Below the pieces are notes generated by a model that saw only the letters and a program-made list of their open reading frames with translations, was not told the origin of the DNA and ran no database searches. DNA of 64,000 nucleotides from NCBI GenBank assembly GCA_964016885.1, contig OZ024740.1:5828001-5892000 (forward strand). Reading direction: 5' to 3'. This DNA comes from Eledone cirrhosa (lineage: Eukaryota). Of this stretch, positions 12,899 to 25,199 are shown piece after piece. Position 1 is the first letter of the stretch; every line of letters begins with the position of its first letter. The position numbers were made by a program, and so were the translations under genes.

Positions 12899-12965
12899 GG
12901 TGGTGGTGATAGTAGTAGTAGTAGTGGTGGTGGTGGTAGATTGATAGTAGTAGTAGTAGTAGTAT
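12490..12965. repeat. (TAG)n/(TGG)n trinucleotide microsatellite
   Basis: Seen directly. Confidence 0.95.
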
Positions 12966-13157
12966 TCTACTAATCCTCCATGAAGGGCAGGACCACATTG
13001 TTGTAGAGGAGAGAGTTAAGGGGGTCAGTGCTGTGAACATTGCCAGAGGTTTTTGGTCTGTCTATCTTTCTTCGTTTCTTATGTTACTCATGTCAGTGTA
13101 GCCGATGAGGTTTCTTTCCTTGATTAAGTAATTAAATTACAGCTTTACTAATTGATA

Positions 13158-13435
13158 TCATGTGTGTATGTATGTATATGTATCTACATATATATATATA
13201 CACACATATATACATACATATATATATGCATATGTATATGCATGTATATATATATATATATTTGTGCGTGTATGTGAATGTATGTATATGTATCTACATA
13301 TATATTTACACACATATATATATACATATATATATATATATGCATACGTATATGCATGTATATATATATATATATATGTGCGTGTGTGTGTATGTGAATG
13401 TATGTATATGTATGTACGTATATATATGTGTGTGT
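13158..13435. repeat. TA/TG-rich degenerate tandem repeat
   Basis: Seen directly; (CA)n(TA)n also at 13808-13920. Confidence 0.85.
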
Positions 13436-13804
13436 GAAACAAAAATTGGTTAATTGTACTGATTGATAAAAAAGAAATTAGCTATTGATTTTTTCCACAG
13501 GCAATTGTTGAAAATGAAAGGTTATAAAGTATATTTCCTAGTTACCCACCTTACAATACATTGGTACACACACTCACATATTACTAGTACCCTGTTTCAT
13601 TATCTACCCTACTAGCCACAGCTTTATCACACAACCTATTTTATTATCATATACCCTGTTGTAGCAACATGAAAAGACCTGCTTTTTCTTCAAGACAAGA
13701 TACTGTAGTATAGAGCTCTATAAAGTGTACATGACCAATCCTGTCAACAGGGCTAGATTAAGTTCTTTTGAGGCTCTAAACACTTAAAAGGTTTTGGTGC
13801 TCAT

Positions 13805-13897
<93 letters not shown>

Positions 13898-14062
13898 CAT
13901 ATATATATATATATCATATATATAATCATATAATAATATTTATACTTATATATGAGTTATATATAATTATAAATATGGAGGGTAGTACTAAGCACTACCC
14001 AATTACCAGTAAGAGAAAAAGCTCAATGTAAATTATCAGGTGTATTACAGAGCAGAGATACA

Positions 14063-15137
14063 AAATATAAAACAATCAAATTTTAGCTTAATACATTTAA
14101 TTGCTGACGATCATTTCTTCCAGACAACTGTCTGGAATCATCGGAACATAAACAATGTTTAAACAAGTAATTATAATCCTAGTCTTTGGAACCTTCATAA
14201 AGATACATTACTATTGACAGTGTCAGTGATATCATATAGAAAAGCAGGAGTGACAAAATGATATTATGTTATACAGATATCCAAGTATTAGGAGCTGTTG
14301 TGAAGAGGGAAAATATTGAGTGTATTATATAGAAAGTTATTCATTAAGGTAAAACAGGTGCAAAAGATATCAAGCAAAAAGGTGTTACAGAAGAAAGATA
14401 AAAGATATCATAGCATTGAAAAATGTAATATTAAGGGTATATGATGCAAAATATTAATAAAGGCATGCATGAGGTAACAGTTAGAAAATGAATAAATCCA
14501 GCATATTTCATACAGAATGTTAAAGAATGTTAAAAATGTTTAAAATGGAATGAACTATGGTAAAGAAATACGTAATGATAAGATGAATAAATGTTGTGCA
14601 ATGCAAATAATTGTTTCTACTTTAGGCACAAGGCCAGCAATTACCCAGTGCATTACTGGGACTTTATTTTATCGACCCCGTAAGGATGAAAGATAAAGTC
14701 AACCTCGGCGGGATTTGAACTCAGATCGTAAAGGGACGTAACTATGCTGGAAAGCATGGCGTCCGACCCTCTACAATGCAAATGTGCAATGCAAATAATA
14801 TAAGTAAATAAGATAGATTAGTGTCATTCAAGAATTTTTATATTGGAGTTCTTGTAGGAATGTTTATGCTAGGTGTAAAGCAGATGTTGGATACTTGGAA
14901 TGTTTTTATTGGTAGTTGTAATGTATGTGAAATATGAATAGTTTAAATACATGTGTGAAGTAAACATTCCACTGTTTTTGTTGCCATGTCAATATAAGTA
15001 AAAGAAAGATGTTATATAATGCATTCCTCTCTTGTCTAATGGCAAAAATGTTGTTAAATATTTGTAACGTTATGAATTTAAAAAAACGATCGTCAGGAAT
15101 TAAATGTATTAAGCTAAAATTTGATTGTTTTATATTT
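14063..15137 (-). mobile_element. Highly decayed Penelope-like remnant bounded by 50-bp inverted repeats
   Basis: 14063-14112 and 15088-15137 are inverted copies with one mismatch, each containing CTGACGA; the minus strand near 14950-15040 has faint GIY-YIG-like residues. Confidence 0.4.
14612..14782 (-). mobile_element. Short tRNA-derived SINE with 17-bp target-site duplication
   Basis: B-box GTTCAAATCC on the minus strand; near-identical to 53325-53507; TSD TGTGCAATGCAAATAAT at 14595-14611 and 14783-14799. Confidence 0.9.
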
Positions 15138-15299
15138 CGTATATATATAGAGAGAGATAGATAGATAGATATATTTCTTTATTTGCCACTAGGGCACAAG
15201 AGAAAGGGACAAATACACAGGGGGGAGTTTACATAAATGCGAGTAAAGAAAAAGGCATAACAATAAGAATAATATAATAATAAAATCCTCAAAAGGGAG

Positions 15300-18200
15300 G
15301 GGGCGTGTTGGGGATTGCACATACCCCCGAAAAGTGTGCAACCCTTTTCGCGGGGGAAGCCCAGAGAGGAGGCGCTCCCCCTTTCCTCTTCATTTCTGAA
15401 GGGAGGAGGCGGCTTGATGTTCACCACAGACTCGGCGGTCAATCGAATTGGCGCCACACGCGACAGCAGTCGTTCGACGTAGCCCCACAGATCGGCAACG
15501 CCCGGGCAGTGTACCAGTGCGTGCGCAACGGTTTCCTCGTCGCGCACGCATCTGGGACAGATCTTTTTCGCGGGATCCCTGCGCGGGCGCCCGTATCTGT
15601 AGAGCTTTTCTCGAACGGGCAGAGCCCCCCGGGCCGAAAGTTCTACCGAACAGGCTGGCCAGTTCGTCCTCCTCCATGCCTAGCGACTCTCCAAGGGTGT
15701 CGTCGCCCTGCTAGCCACCAGCCCTCTATAGAATGTCGAGGTGGATTCTCCACTGATAGTCGGGTCCGCTTGCCAGAGAGCCGTGAGCGCCTGGGCACAC
15801 TCGGTGTGCCAGTTGCCCAGTTTTCTCGGTCTTTGCTTCACCCAGGATTGCAGCTCGGTGAGCGAGAGGAGCTGTGGGAAGGCTCGCCTTACAAACGGGG
15901 CCCACACCGGCTGACCGGTGAGGAATACCTGTAGATGCCGTAGCCTTAATGCGTGCCTACGCATCAACAGCAACGGCATACCCAGCCCTCCTTTCGAAGG
16001 GTGCTGGCAGCAGATGGATCTCCTCACCATGGGAGGCCGCTTCTTCCAGAGGAACTAGAAGAGCATGCGCTCCATGATGGTGAGCGTTTCCTTGGGGCAA
16101 GGCACGACGGTCAGGCGGTAGTAGATGACGGACGCTATGTAAGCGTTCGTCACCTCCGCCCGACCTTTCAGTGATAGTTTGCACTTGGCCCACTTCTGGG
16201 TCAGCGCAAACAGCCTGCTCGTCACCTCCCCCCAATTCTTCTCCACCTGGAGGTCCGGTTCGAACCAGACCCCGAGCAGCTTCACCGGGCCCTCCGTCCA
16301 CCGCCCGACGACACCGTCTAACGGCATCGGTTTGCCCCTCCACGTTCCGAGTTGCAAACCGACTGACTTGTCCCGGTTCAGCCTAGCCCCCGTCAGCCTT
16401 TCGTATTCCTCCAGTAGGGTGGCGATCGCCCCGATTTCCGAGGCGTCCGCCACCATTACTGTTACGTCGTCGGCATAGGCCGAGACCGCTTTGTGCAATC
16501 CCGGTTCCAGGGGTATGCCTCGCAGCAACTCCAACTTCCGCAGCAGTGGCTCGAGAGTCAATACATACAGAAGGGAGGAGAGGGGGCACCCCTGCCTGAT
16601 GGACCGGGTGATTTGAAACGGCTCCGAGAGGTAGCCGTTTACTTTAATCCTAGAGCAGACGTTGCCACTGTGCATGGCAGAAATCCAGCCCCTGAAAACG
16701 GGTCCGAAGCCTGCCGCCGCTAGCACCGCATCCAGGTAACCATGGTCGACCCTATCGAACGCCTTAGATTGATCCAAGTTGATCAGGGCCCCACCAAAGC
16801 CGGGTTCGTTCCCAACCCTCTCTACGATGTATCGCATGAGGTGGAGGTTGTCGTGAATGGACCTGGACGGGATAGCGCATGTCTGTGCGTCTCCCACCAA
16901 ACCACCCACCACAAGCGCCAACCTCTTCGCCAACACCTCGGCCAAAATCTGTAACTCTGCATTCAGCAGAGTTATGGGCCTAAAGTTACTTAAGTCGTCC
17001 TCCTTGCTCTCGTCCTGCCTCACTAGCGTGACTACGCCCTTGGTCACAGAACAGGGAATTCTCCCGTTCTGTTGCCAGTTGCAATAGACAGCCTCGAGGA
17101 GTTCGGAGAACAAGACCGGCATAGCTAAATAAAGTTCGTATGGTAGACCATCGAGACCCGGAGATTTGCGTCTGCTGCATTGGCTGAGCGCTTCCCCGAT
17201 TTCAGTGGCTGTGATTGGCCTTTCGCAGCACTCCGCTTCGCCGCTCGAAAGACGCGGTAGACCGTCGAGGTATGGACCGAAGTCCACATCCCTGTCCGGC
17301 CCCCCGCCCCCTCCGAACAGTCGAGCAAAGTGCCTTTGAAAGGCCTCGCACATCCGCTCAGGTTCAAGGATCACCCGCCCATCCTGGTCTCGCAAAGACC
17401 GAATGGTGGATTTAATCCCACTCTTGGCTTCTGTCACGCGGGCCCAGCTAACAGCTTTGGTCCCCTCGTTTCCTAAAGCACGTATTTTACTTCGGACAAC
17501 GCAGCCTTCGTGCTTCGCGTCAAAGAACTGGCTCAACGCCGTTCTCGACGCTAACACTCTGGCCACGTCTCCGCTCCTAATCGCCTCTTCTAGTTTATCT
17601 GTTAACTCCCTTTCCCTCCTATTTCAATTCGTCGCTAGTTCCTTACTGTAACCTATCGAACTTACTCTAATCTCTCTCTTTAGAGATACCCACCACCTGC
17701 TGTTGACGATTGCTCCCGTCAACCGCATCTTAACTAAGCTACTAATCCGGTTCCTGTAAGCTTCCTTTTCCGGCAAGGACAAGTTCATCTTCCAGTAACC
17801 GGGACCCTGTCTATGCGTTCTATCAAGGTTGACCACGCAGGTCACTAATTTGTGATCTGAATAGCCAACTATGAGCAATTCTGGACAACTAAATACCCTT
17901 ACTCCTAACCAAAAACCTATCTAGGTACGATCTAGATTGACCACTGCGGTTTGCCCAGGTCCAGGTTGGCACAGTTGGAAAATCTAGTCGAAATCTATCG
18001 ACCAGGTCGAATCGATGGAGTAACCCCTTGCGGCTGCTACACCCCCTCTATCGGGACATGCCCCTGCATAGTCCCAACGCGCATCTAGGATTCCATTCCA
18101 GTCCCCCACTAAAAGCAGGGAACGCGACGTTCCTAGAAAAGTCTCCAGACGCTGGAAGAAGTCGGCTCTTTCAGCCCCGAAGGGGGCATAAAGACCAACC

Positions 18201-18514
18201 AGTCTGAAAGCCCCGCCTTCACCGCCTTCGACGTCCAGCACCAGTAATCGACCCCCTGGGTCCGAATGAACAATCTGTACGTCGAGAGCCAGACGTTTAT
18301 CCAGCAGTACGGCAACCCCACCCCCGTCTCCGGGTTGACAGAGAGATGCGTGCATCTCAAAGTCATCGAAGGCGGGAGCCAGCTGTCGCACGCTGCTGAT
18401 CCAACTCTCGCAAACAACCATCACATCTATACTTCGTGACCTAAGGTCACTTAGAAGCTTTGCTTGCTTCCAAGCTGAGCCCAGGCCACGCGCATTCAAA
18501 CAGCCAACTCTCAA
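15300..18514 (-). pseudogene. Tx1 ORF2 (APE endonuclease plus reverse transcriptase), frameshifted
   Basis: ORF segments 17984-18514, 17624-17878, 16055-17566 (503 aa, RT core) and 15680-16030. Confidence 0.9.
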
Positions 18515-18519
18515 TTGAT

Positions 18520-20427
18520 CTATTTTGGTGTTGAAAGTGAAGAAAGAAAAGCACCTACCTCTCCGGGTTGTGTAATTTCCATGGGGTCGGGTGTGTTGGG
18601 TGGAGGGATATTTTGTGGTGGTGTGGGGTTATCCGAGTGTGGTGGGGTTGGGGTATTTGGAGTTGTGTCAGGGAGAGGGGAGGTTATGGGGAAATCTTTC
18701 AAGAGGACGCGATTTAACGGTTTTAAACAGGGGGGGCTCACGTCCTGTTTAAATTGTTCTTTTAAGGAACGATAAAGGTCCAGAGGGACCTTTATCATTT
18801 TTAAATGGGTGAAGTTCTCTGTTGAGATAAAGTTTGGCCCTTCGGTCTGCACCAAAGGGCTATTGTTTATTAATTTAAACAGTTTTTTGTTTTATTTATT
18901 TATATATGTGTATTGCAAAGTCTTTTTTTGTAATGCTGTCAATGTTTCGAAGGGGGGAGGCGCAGATTTATTTTTGTTTGTCGAGGGTGGGGTGTTTTTG
19001 ATTGGAGTTGGTGTTTGTGTGTGGGTTATTTGTTGTTGTGGTGTGCTGGGTGTGTGCTTTCGTTTGTTTCTTTTAACTTGTCTGAAGGCTTCTCCTCCTT
19101 CTTCTTCAGAAGTTGGGGGAAACTCTTCAGCGCTAGGTGGGAGGGACGTGGTGTCTGGTTGGTTTTTTTTGCGGGAGGGGTAGATTTGTTGCTGTTTTTT
19201 TATTATTAGTTTGGAATGTGTTTTGTGGTGGTGGTGGTGATTTTTGTGTCGTGCTGGTGGTGGTGATGTTTGTGTTGTGGTTGGTGATGGTGGTGGTGAT
19301 TTTTGTGTCGTCCTTGTGTTTGGTGCTGGTGGTGGTGATGTTTGTGTTGTGGTTGGTGATGGTGGTGGTGATTTTTGTGTCGTGCTTGTGTTTGGTGCTG
19401 GTGGTGGTGATGTTTGTGTTGTGCTTGTGGTTGATGGTGTCTGTATTTTGTTTGCTGTGTGTGGTATTAGTGTATTTTTGGAGGTGGGTGGTGTTGGTGT
19501 ACTGTTTGTGGTGGGTGTGGGCAATAGTCCTTTTTGGGGGATACGATTCGGGCAGTTAGCCTTAACGTGTCCCCTTTCCGTGCATGAATAGCATGCTGGT
19601 CTTCTCCCCTCTACAATTATATATATTGGGGTGAGGTCATCCAGCCAGATGCGAACCGGGATTTGCGCTATTCTTTCGGGCCTCATTTGGACTAGTAGGT
19701 CGAGGCCCATTCCCAGGAACCATCTCCAGATGCCTTCACCATTGACAGCACTGTGTCCTCGCCCATGTCTATGAAGCCAGCAATAGCCCACCAGAAGTCC
19801 ATTGTGGGCAGCATTGTCTGTATTTTGACTCTCTGAGTTCTTCTACCCATGTAGGAGGGATAGAAGCTGTATGCTGTTGATGAGAGTGGGCTTAGGGAAA
19901 GCCTCTGTGCTGTTTCCTTGTCTTTTGTTAAAACAGAAATGCTGCCATAGAGTCGGTCCTTTCGTATGAAGAGAATATTCTTCATATAGTCTTTTAGGAC
20001 CAACTCTATCTCCATTTGGCTGGGCTGTGCTGGCTTTCTCGTGTGGTTTAGAATTGCTCTAAACAGAACAGTGTTTTCTAGTCTCGTTTTCTTGAATTCT
20101 GGGGGGGGGGGGATTAATGGAAAACATTCCGTTCTCCCCCAAGACTATGTGCTGTTTTGCTTCTGCCAGTTTCTCTCTGGCGGCAATTAAGTCAATAGGT
20201 GTATATATTATAGATTTTTTTGTTGTCTGGGCGAAAGTTGCCTTGTTGTTTTTTGTATTCTTATTTTCTGTTTGTTTGTTTTCCGTTTGCTCATTTTCCG
20301 TAACATTTGTTTTTTCATTTTCCTTGTTTGTTTCGTTGTCTAGTTTTGTTGTATCCATTTTTTTTTCTTCTGACTTGGGGGGCGTGGCAGAGCTAATGGC
20401 AGACATGTCTGCCATCTTTCCCGCCAT
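18520..20427 (-). pseudogene. Tx1 ORF1 (gag-like, zinc knuckle, Pro/Thr-rich repeats), frameshifted
   Basis: ORF segments 20059-20427, 19692-20015, 18892-19791 and 18520-18855; CX2CX4HX4C knuckle. Confidence 0.75.
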
Positions 20428-20626
20428 GCGTCCAAGAAAGAAGTTTTACAGAAAAATAGTTATTTATTTTACCCCCTAAAAAGGGGGTAAATGTAAAAAT
20501 GTTTCCCTAAATAACAGGGTAAGTGTTCCAAATGTGTTGCACTGAAAAAATTCACTGGTACTTACTATAGTAAGGGTAAATTCCGATAGAATAGCAGAGC
20601 CGATGTGAAGCGTGTCTCACTCTATC

Positions 20627-20661
<35 letters not shown>

Positions 20662-20710
20662 GTAGATAGATAGATAGATAATTCTATAATTTGATAAAAC
20701 AACATTAAGG

Positions 20711-21096
20711 TGTAGTGACCTACATTCCGAGGGCTCATGGATACATTCTCCTTATGTTGTTTGGCTCAGTCCAGCCAGTCGCTATCAGCGTAGGAGAATG
20801 TATCTCGACTTCCGCCCAGAGGGAAAAATTCCCGCGGTGATTCAAAAGTTTCTCTCTTGCTGCTTTGGACTCTGAAAGGTCAACACGCAATTATGTGATG
20901 GTGAGATTTTCACTTTGGCCTGACGGCCTCTTTTGGCCCGGCACAGCGCCTGTTCTTTACTTCTTAAAACTCTTAATTTTGTTTCTTCTTTTCCTTGACT
21001 TGTCAACCCAGCTTAACATTTGTGGTCGGTTGTAAATAAAGCTAGTAAAATATTATAAAGTCTCATAATATTATTTTCTACAAAGCCTACACTACA
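20711..21096 (+). mobile_element. Probable solo LTR
   Basis: Starts TGTAGTG and ends CACTACA (7-bp terminal inverted repeat, TG..CA); AATAAA ~60 bp from the 3' end; no matching TSD seen. Confidence 0.5.
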
Positions 21097-21320
21097 ACTA
21101 CTTCAACAAATATTCACTTTATGGGTAACTTGGCCCCTCTCTCATTTCTCACTATAACAAATAACAACAATAACATATATTCTTTTTTATTAATGTTATG
21201 CCATGTAGGCATAATATTATTTTTCTGCTAAAAAGGCATTCATATATTTATTTAGGCTCAAATGTGGTTTATTTAATATCCAGAATAATGAAAGATATTT
21301 CAGTGTTAAACCCAGTTAGC

Positions 21321-22222
21321 ATACTTCTGGTCTTCTTATACTTCTGGTCTTCTTATACTTCTGGTAATCTTATACTTCTGGTAATCTTATACTTCTGGTC
21401 ATCTTATACTTCTGGTCATCTTATACTTCTGGTCATCTTATACTTCTGGTAATCTTATACTTCTGGTCATCTTATACTTCTGGTAATCTTATACTTCTGG
21501 TCATCTTATACTTCTGGTCTTCTTATACTTCTGGTCTTCTTATACTTCTGGTCTTCTTATACTTCTGGTCTTCTTATACTTCTGGTAATCTTATACTTCT
21601 GGTCATCTTATACTTCTGGTAATCTTATACTTCTGGTAATCTTATACTTCTGGTCTTCTTATACTTCTGGTCTTCTTATACTTCTGGTCATCTTATACTT
21701 CTGGTCTTCTTATACTTCTGGTCTTCTTATACTTCTGGTCTTCTTATACTTCTGGTCATCTTATACTTCTGGTCTTCTTATACTTCTGGTCTTCTTATAC
21801 TTCTGGTCATCTTATACTTCTGGTCTTCTTATACTTCTGGTCTTCTTATACTTCTGGTCTTCTTATACTTCTGGTCATCTTATACTTCTGGTCTTCTTAT
21901 ACTTCTGGTCTATTTATACTTCTGGTAATCTTATACTTCTGGTCATCTTATACTTCTGGTAATCTTATACTTCTGGTCTTCTTATACTTCTGGTCATCTT
22001 ATACTTCTGGTCTTCTTATACTTCTGGTCATCTTATACTTCTGGTCTTCTTATACTTCTGGTCTTCTTATACTTCTGGTCTTCTTATACTTCTGGTCATC
22101 TTATACTTCTGGTCTTCTTATACTTCTGGTCATCTTATACTTCTGGTCATCTTATACTTCTGGTCTTCTTATACTTCTGGTCTTCTTATACTTCTGGTCT
22201 TCTTATACTTCTGGTCATCTTA
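21321..22222. repeat. 17-bp minisatellite (ATACTTCTGGTCTTCTT and variants), ~53 copies
   Basis: Seen directly; variants TCTT/TCAT/TAAT at one position. Confidence 0.95.
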
Positions 22223-22417
22223 AACCAGAGAACATATATTAACAAAGAAATAATTCACCCACTTGAGCAGTTCCTACATTATTTATTTGATCTTCCCTTA
22301 GAATATTGCCCTCCATATCCTTAGTATCAGTAATTAAAACTCCATATCTTATATTATTGAGCCTGACAATCTTTCTATATTGTAATATTTTAAGGGAATA
22401 AAAAAAAGGAGTGTAGA

Positions 22418-23556
22418 TCACTGCCACCACCACCACCACTACAGCCACCACCACCACCACCACCACCACCACCACCACCACCACCACCACCACCACCACC
22501 ACCACCACTACAGCCACTACCACCACCATCACCACCACCACCACCACCATCACTACCACCACTACCGCCACCACCACCTCCACCGCCACCACCACATCCA
22601 CTACCGCCACCACCACCAAAACCACCACTACCACCACTACCACCACCACTACCACCACCACCACCACTACCACCGCCACCACCACCAACACCACCACCAA
22701 CACCACCACCACCACCACCACTACCACCACCACCACAACTAGCACCACCACCACCACCACCACCTCCAACACCACCACCACCAACACCATCACCACCACC
22801 ACCAACACCACCACCATCACCTCCACCACCAACACCATCACCATCACCACCAACACCACTACCACCAACACCACCAACACTACCACCACCAACACTACCA
22901 CAACCACCATCACCACCACCACCACTACCACTGCCATCGCCACAACCGCCACCACTACCACCACCACCACAACTAGCACCACCACCACCATCACCACCAC
23001 CACCTCCAACACCACCACCAACACCATCACCACCACCACCACCACCACCACCTCCAACACCACCACCAACACCATCACCACCACCACCAACACCACCACC
23101 ATCACCTCCACCAACAACACCATCACCACCACCACCAACACCACTACCACCAACACCACCAACACTACCACCACCAACACTACCACAACCACCATCACCA
23201 CCACCACCACTACCACCGCCATCGCCACAACCGCCACCACTACCGCCATCACCACAACTAGCACCACCAACGCCACTACCACCAACACCACAAACACTAC
23301 CACCGTCACCACCACCACCATCACCACCACCACCACCACCACCACCACCACCAACACCACTACCACCAACACCACCAACACTACCACCACCAACACTACC
23401 ACCACCACCACCACCATCACCACCACCACCACCACCACTACTACCACCGCCACCGCTACCACCGTCACCACCACCACCATCACCACCACCACCACCACCA
23501 CCACCACCACCACTACTACCACCGCCACCGCTACCACCGCCACCACCACCACCATC
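22418..23556. repeat. (ACC)n-rich trinucleotide tract
   Basis: Seen directly. Confidence 0.95.
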
Positions 23557-23596
23557 ATTATCAGCCTATAGTTATGTCTTCTATTTACCATTCCAG

Positions 23597-23671
23597 AGTC
23601 TATGGTCCTGATGACTGTCAACAGAATGTCTTTGATCAAGTCCAACCAATGCTTACATCATTATTGGATGG
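23597..23671 (+). CDS. KIF25: Kinesin-14 / KIF25-like motor domain, internal exon (75 bp)
   Basis: ttccAG acceptor and GTAAGT donor; encodes (R)VYGPDDCQQNVFDQVQPMLTSLLD(G), matching kinesin RVYGP..Q..VF..V.PLLTSLLDG; phase 2 matches the next exon. Confidence 0.85.
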
Positions 23672-23944
23672 GTAAGTACTCTCCTCCTCCTACTTCCTCT
23701 TCTTTCTACATTTATTCCTGTTAGGGTTGTGGGGTCAGAGTCCTCAAACACTCCTTCAAGGGGGCAGAGTCTCTTAACTCCATCTGAACTGGCTGGATCC
23801 CCAAGTGAGACCAGCCGAGCTCATCACTCTTATCTAACCGACTTAGCTACAATATTTACAACACTGAAAGAATGTCTTCTCATTACTTATTCCCTACAAG
23901 GCACGATGTGATATCTAGAATGAGCTGGAATATATTAACCCTTT

Positions 23945-25199
23945 AACATTTACATTACTCTATATACTATTGTATTTTTGTAGTAAAGGCTTTAACTTAC
24001 ATAATATCTCACATAATATCTCACATAACATTTACATTACTTTATATACTATTGTATTTTTGTAGTAAAGGCTTTATCTTACATAATATCTCACATAATA
24101 TCTCACATAACATTTACATTACTCTATATACTATTGTATTTTTGTAGTAAAGGCTTTATCTTACATAATATCTCACTTAATATCTCACATAACATTTACA
24201 TTACTCTATATACTATTGTATTTTTGTAGTAAAGGCTTTATCTTACATAATATCTCACATAATATCTCACATAACATTTACATTACTCTATATACTATTG
24301 TATTTTTGTAGTAAAGGCTTTATCTTACATAATATCTCACATAATATCTCACATAACATTTACATTACTCTATATACTATTGTATTTTTGTAGTAAAGGC
24401 TTTATCTTACATAATATCTCACATAATATCTCACATAACATTTACATTACTTTATATACTATTGTATTTTTGTAGTAAAGGCTTTATCTTACATAATATC
24501 TCACATAATATCTCACATAACATTTACATTACTCTATATACTATTGTATTTTTGTAGTAAAGGCTTTAACTTACATAATATCTTACATAATATCTCACAT
24601 AACATTTACATTACTTTATATACTATTGTATTTTTGTAGTGAAGGCTTTATCTTACATAATATCTCACATAATATATCACATAACATTTACATTACTTTA
24701 TATACTATTGTATTTTTGTAGGAAAGGCTTTATCTTACATAATATCTCACATAATATATCACATAACATTTACATTACTTTATATACTATTGTATTTTTG
24801 TAGTAAAGGCTTTATCTTACATAATATCTCACATAATATATCACATAACATTTACATTACTTTATATACTATTGTATTTTTGTAGTAAAGGCTTTATCTT
24901 ACATAATATCTCACATAATATCTCACATAACATTTACATTACTTTATATACTATTGTATTTTTGTAGTAAAGGCTTTATCTTACATAATATCTCACATAA
25001 TATCTCACATAACATTTACATTACTTTATATACTATTGTATTTTTGTAGTAAAGACTTTAACTTACATAATATCTCACATAATATCTCACATAACATTTA
25101 CATTACTTTATATACTATTGTATTTTTGTAGTAAAGGCTTTAACTTACATAATATCTCACATAATATCTCACATAACATTTACATTACTTTATATACTA
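23945..25199. repeat. 82-bp tandem satellite (~15 copies) derived from the MITE left end
   Basis: ATTGTATTTTTG recurs at 24051, 24133, 24215, 24297 and onward; further units lie between Helitron copies. Confidence 0.92.

Larger units (their letters stand above)
15172..20628 (-). mobile_element. Full-length but disrupted Tx1/L1-clade non-LTR retrotransposon
   Basis: ORF1 pieces with a CCHC knuckle CYSCTERGHVKANC; ORF2 APE (CLNARGL, GDWN, SDHK), RT (SPGLDGLP, RPITLLN, KAFDRVDH, RQGCPLS, AYADD) and C-terminal ETVAH..C; AATAAA near 15178; (GATA)n on both flanks. Confidence 0.92.

Noticed and set aside
13489-13525. Possible micro-exon after TTTTTTCCACAG
   Set aside because: Good acceptor but weak donor, and no recognisable kinesin sequence.
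22239-23645. 468-aa poly-Val ORF, and similar poly-Thr/Pro/Val/Leu/Asn ORFs at 12246, 51987-52884 and 61597
   Set aside because: Stop-free frames of trinucleotide repeats; no splice or domain evidence.
21321-25199. Regular short repeats resembling a CRISPR array
   Set aside because: No unique spacers, no cas genes, eukaryotic context; these are plain tandem repeats.
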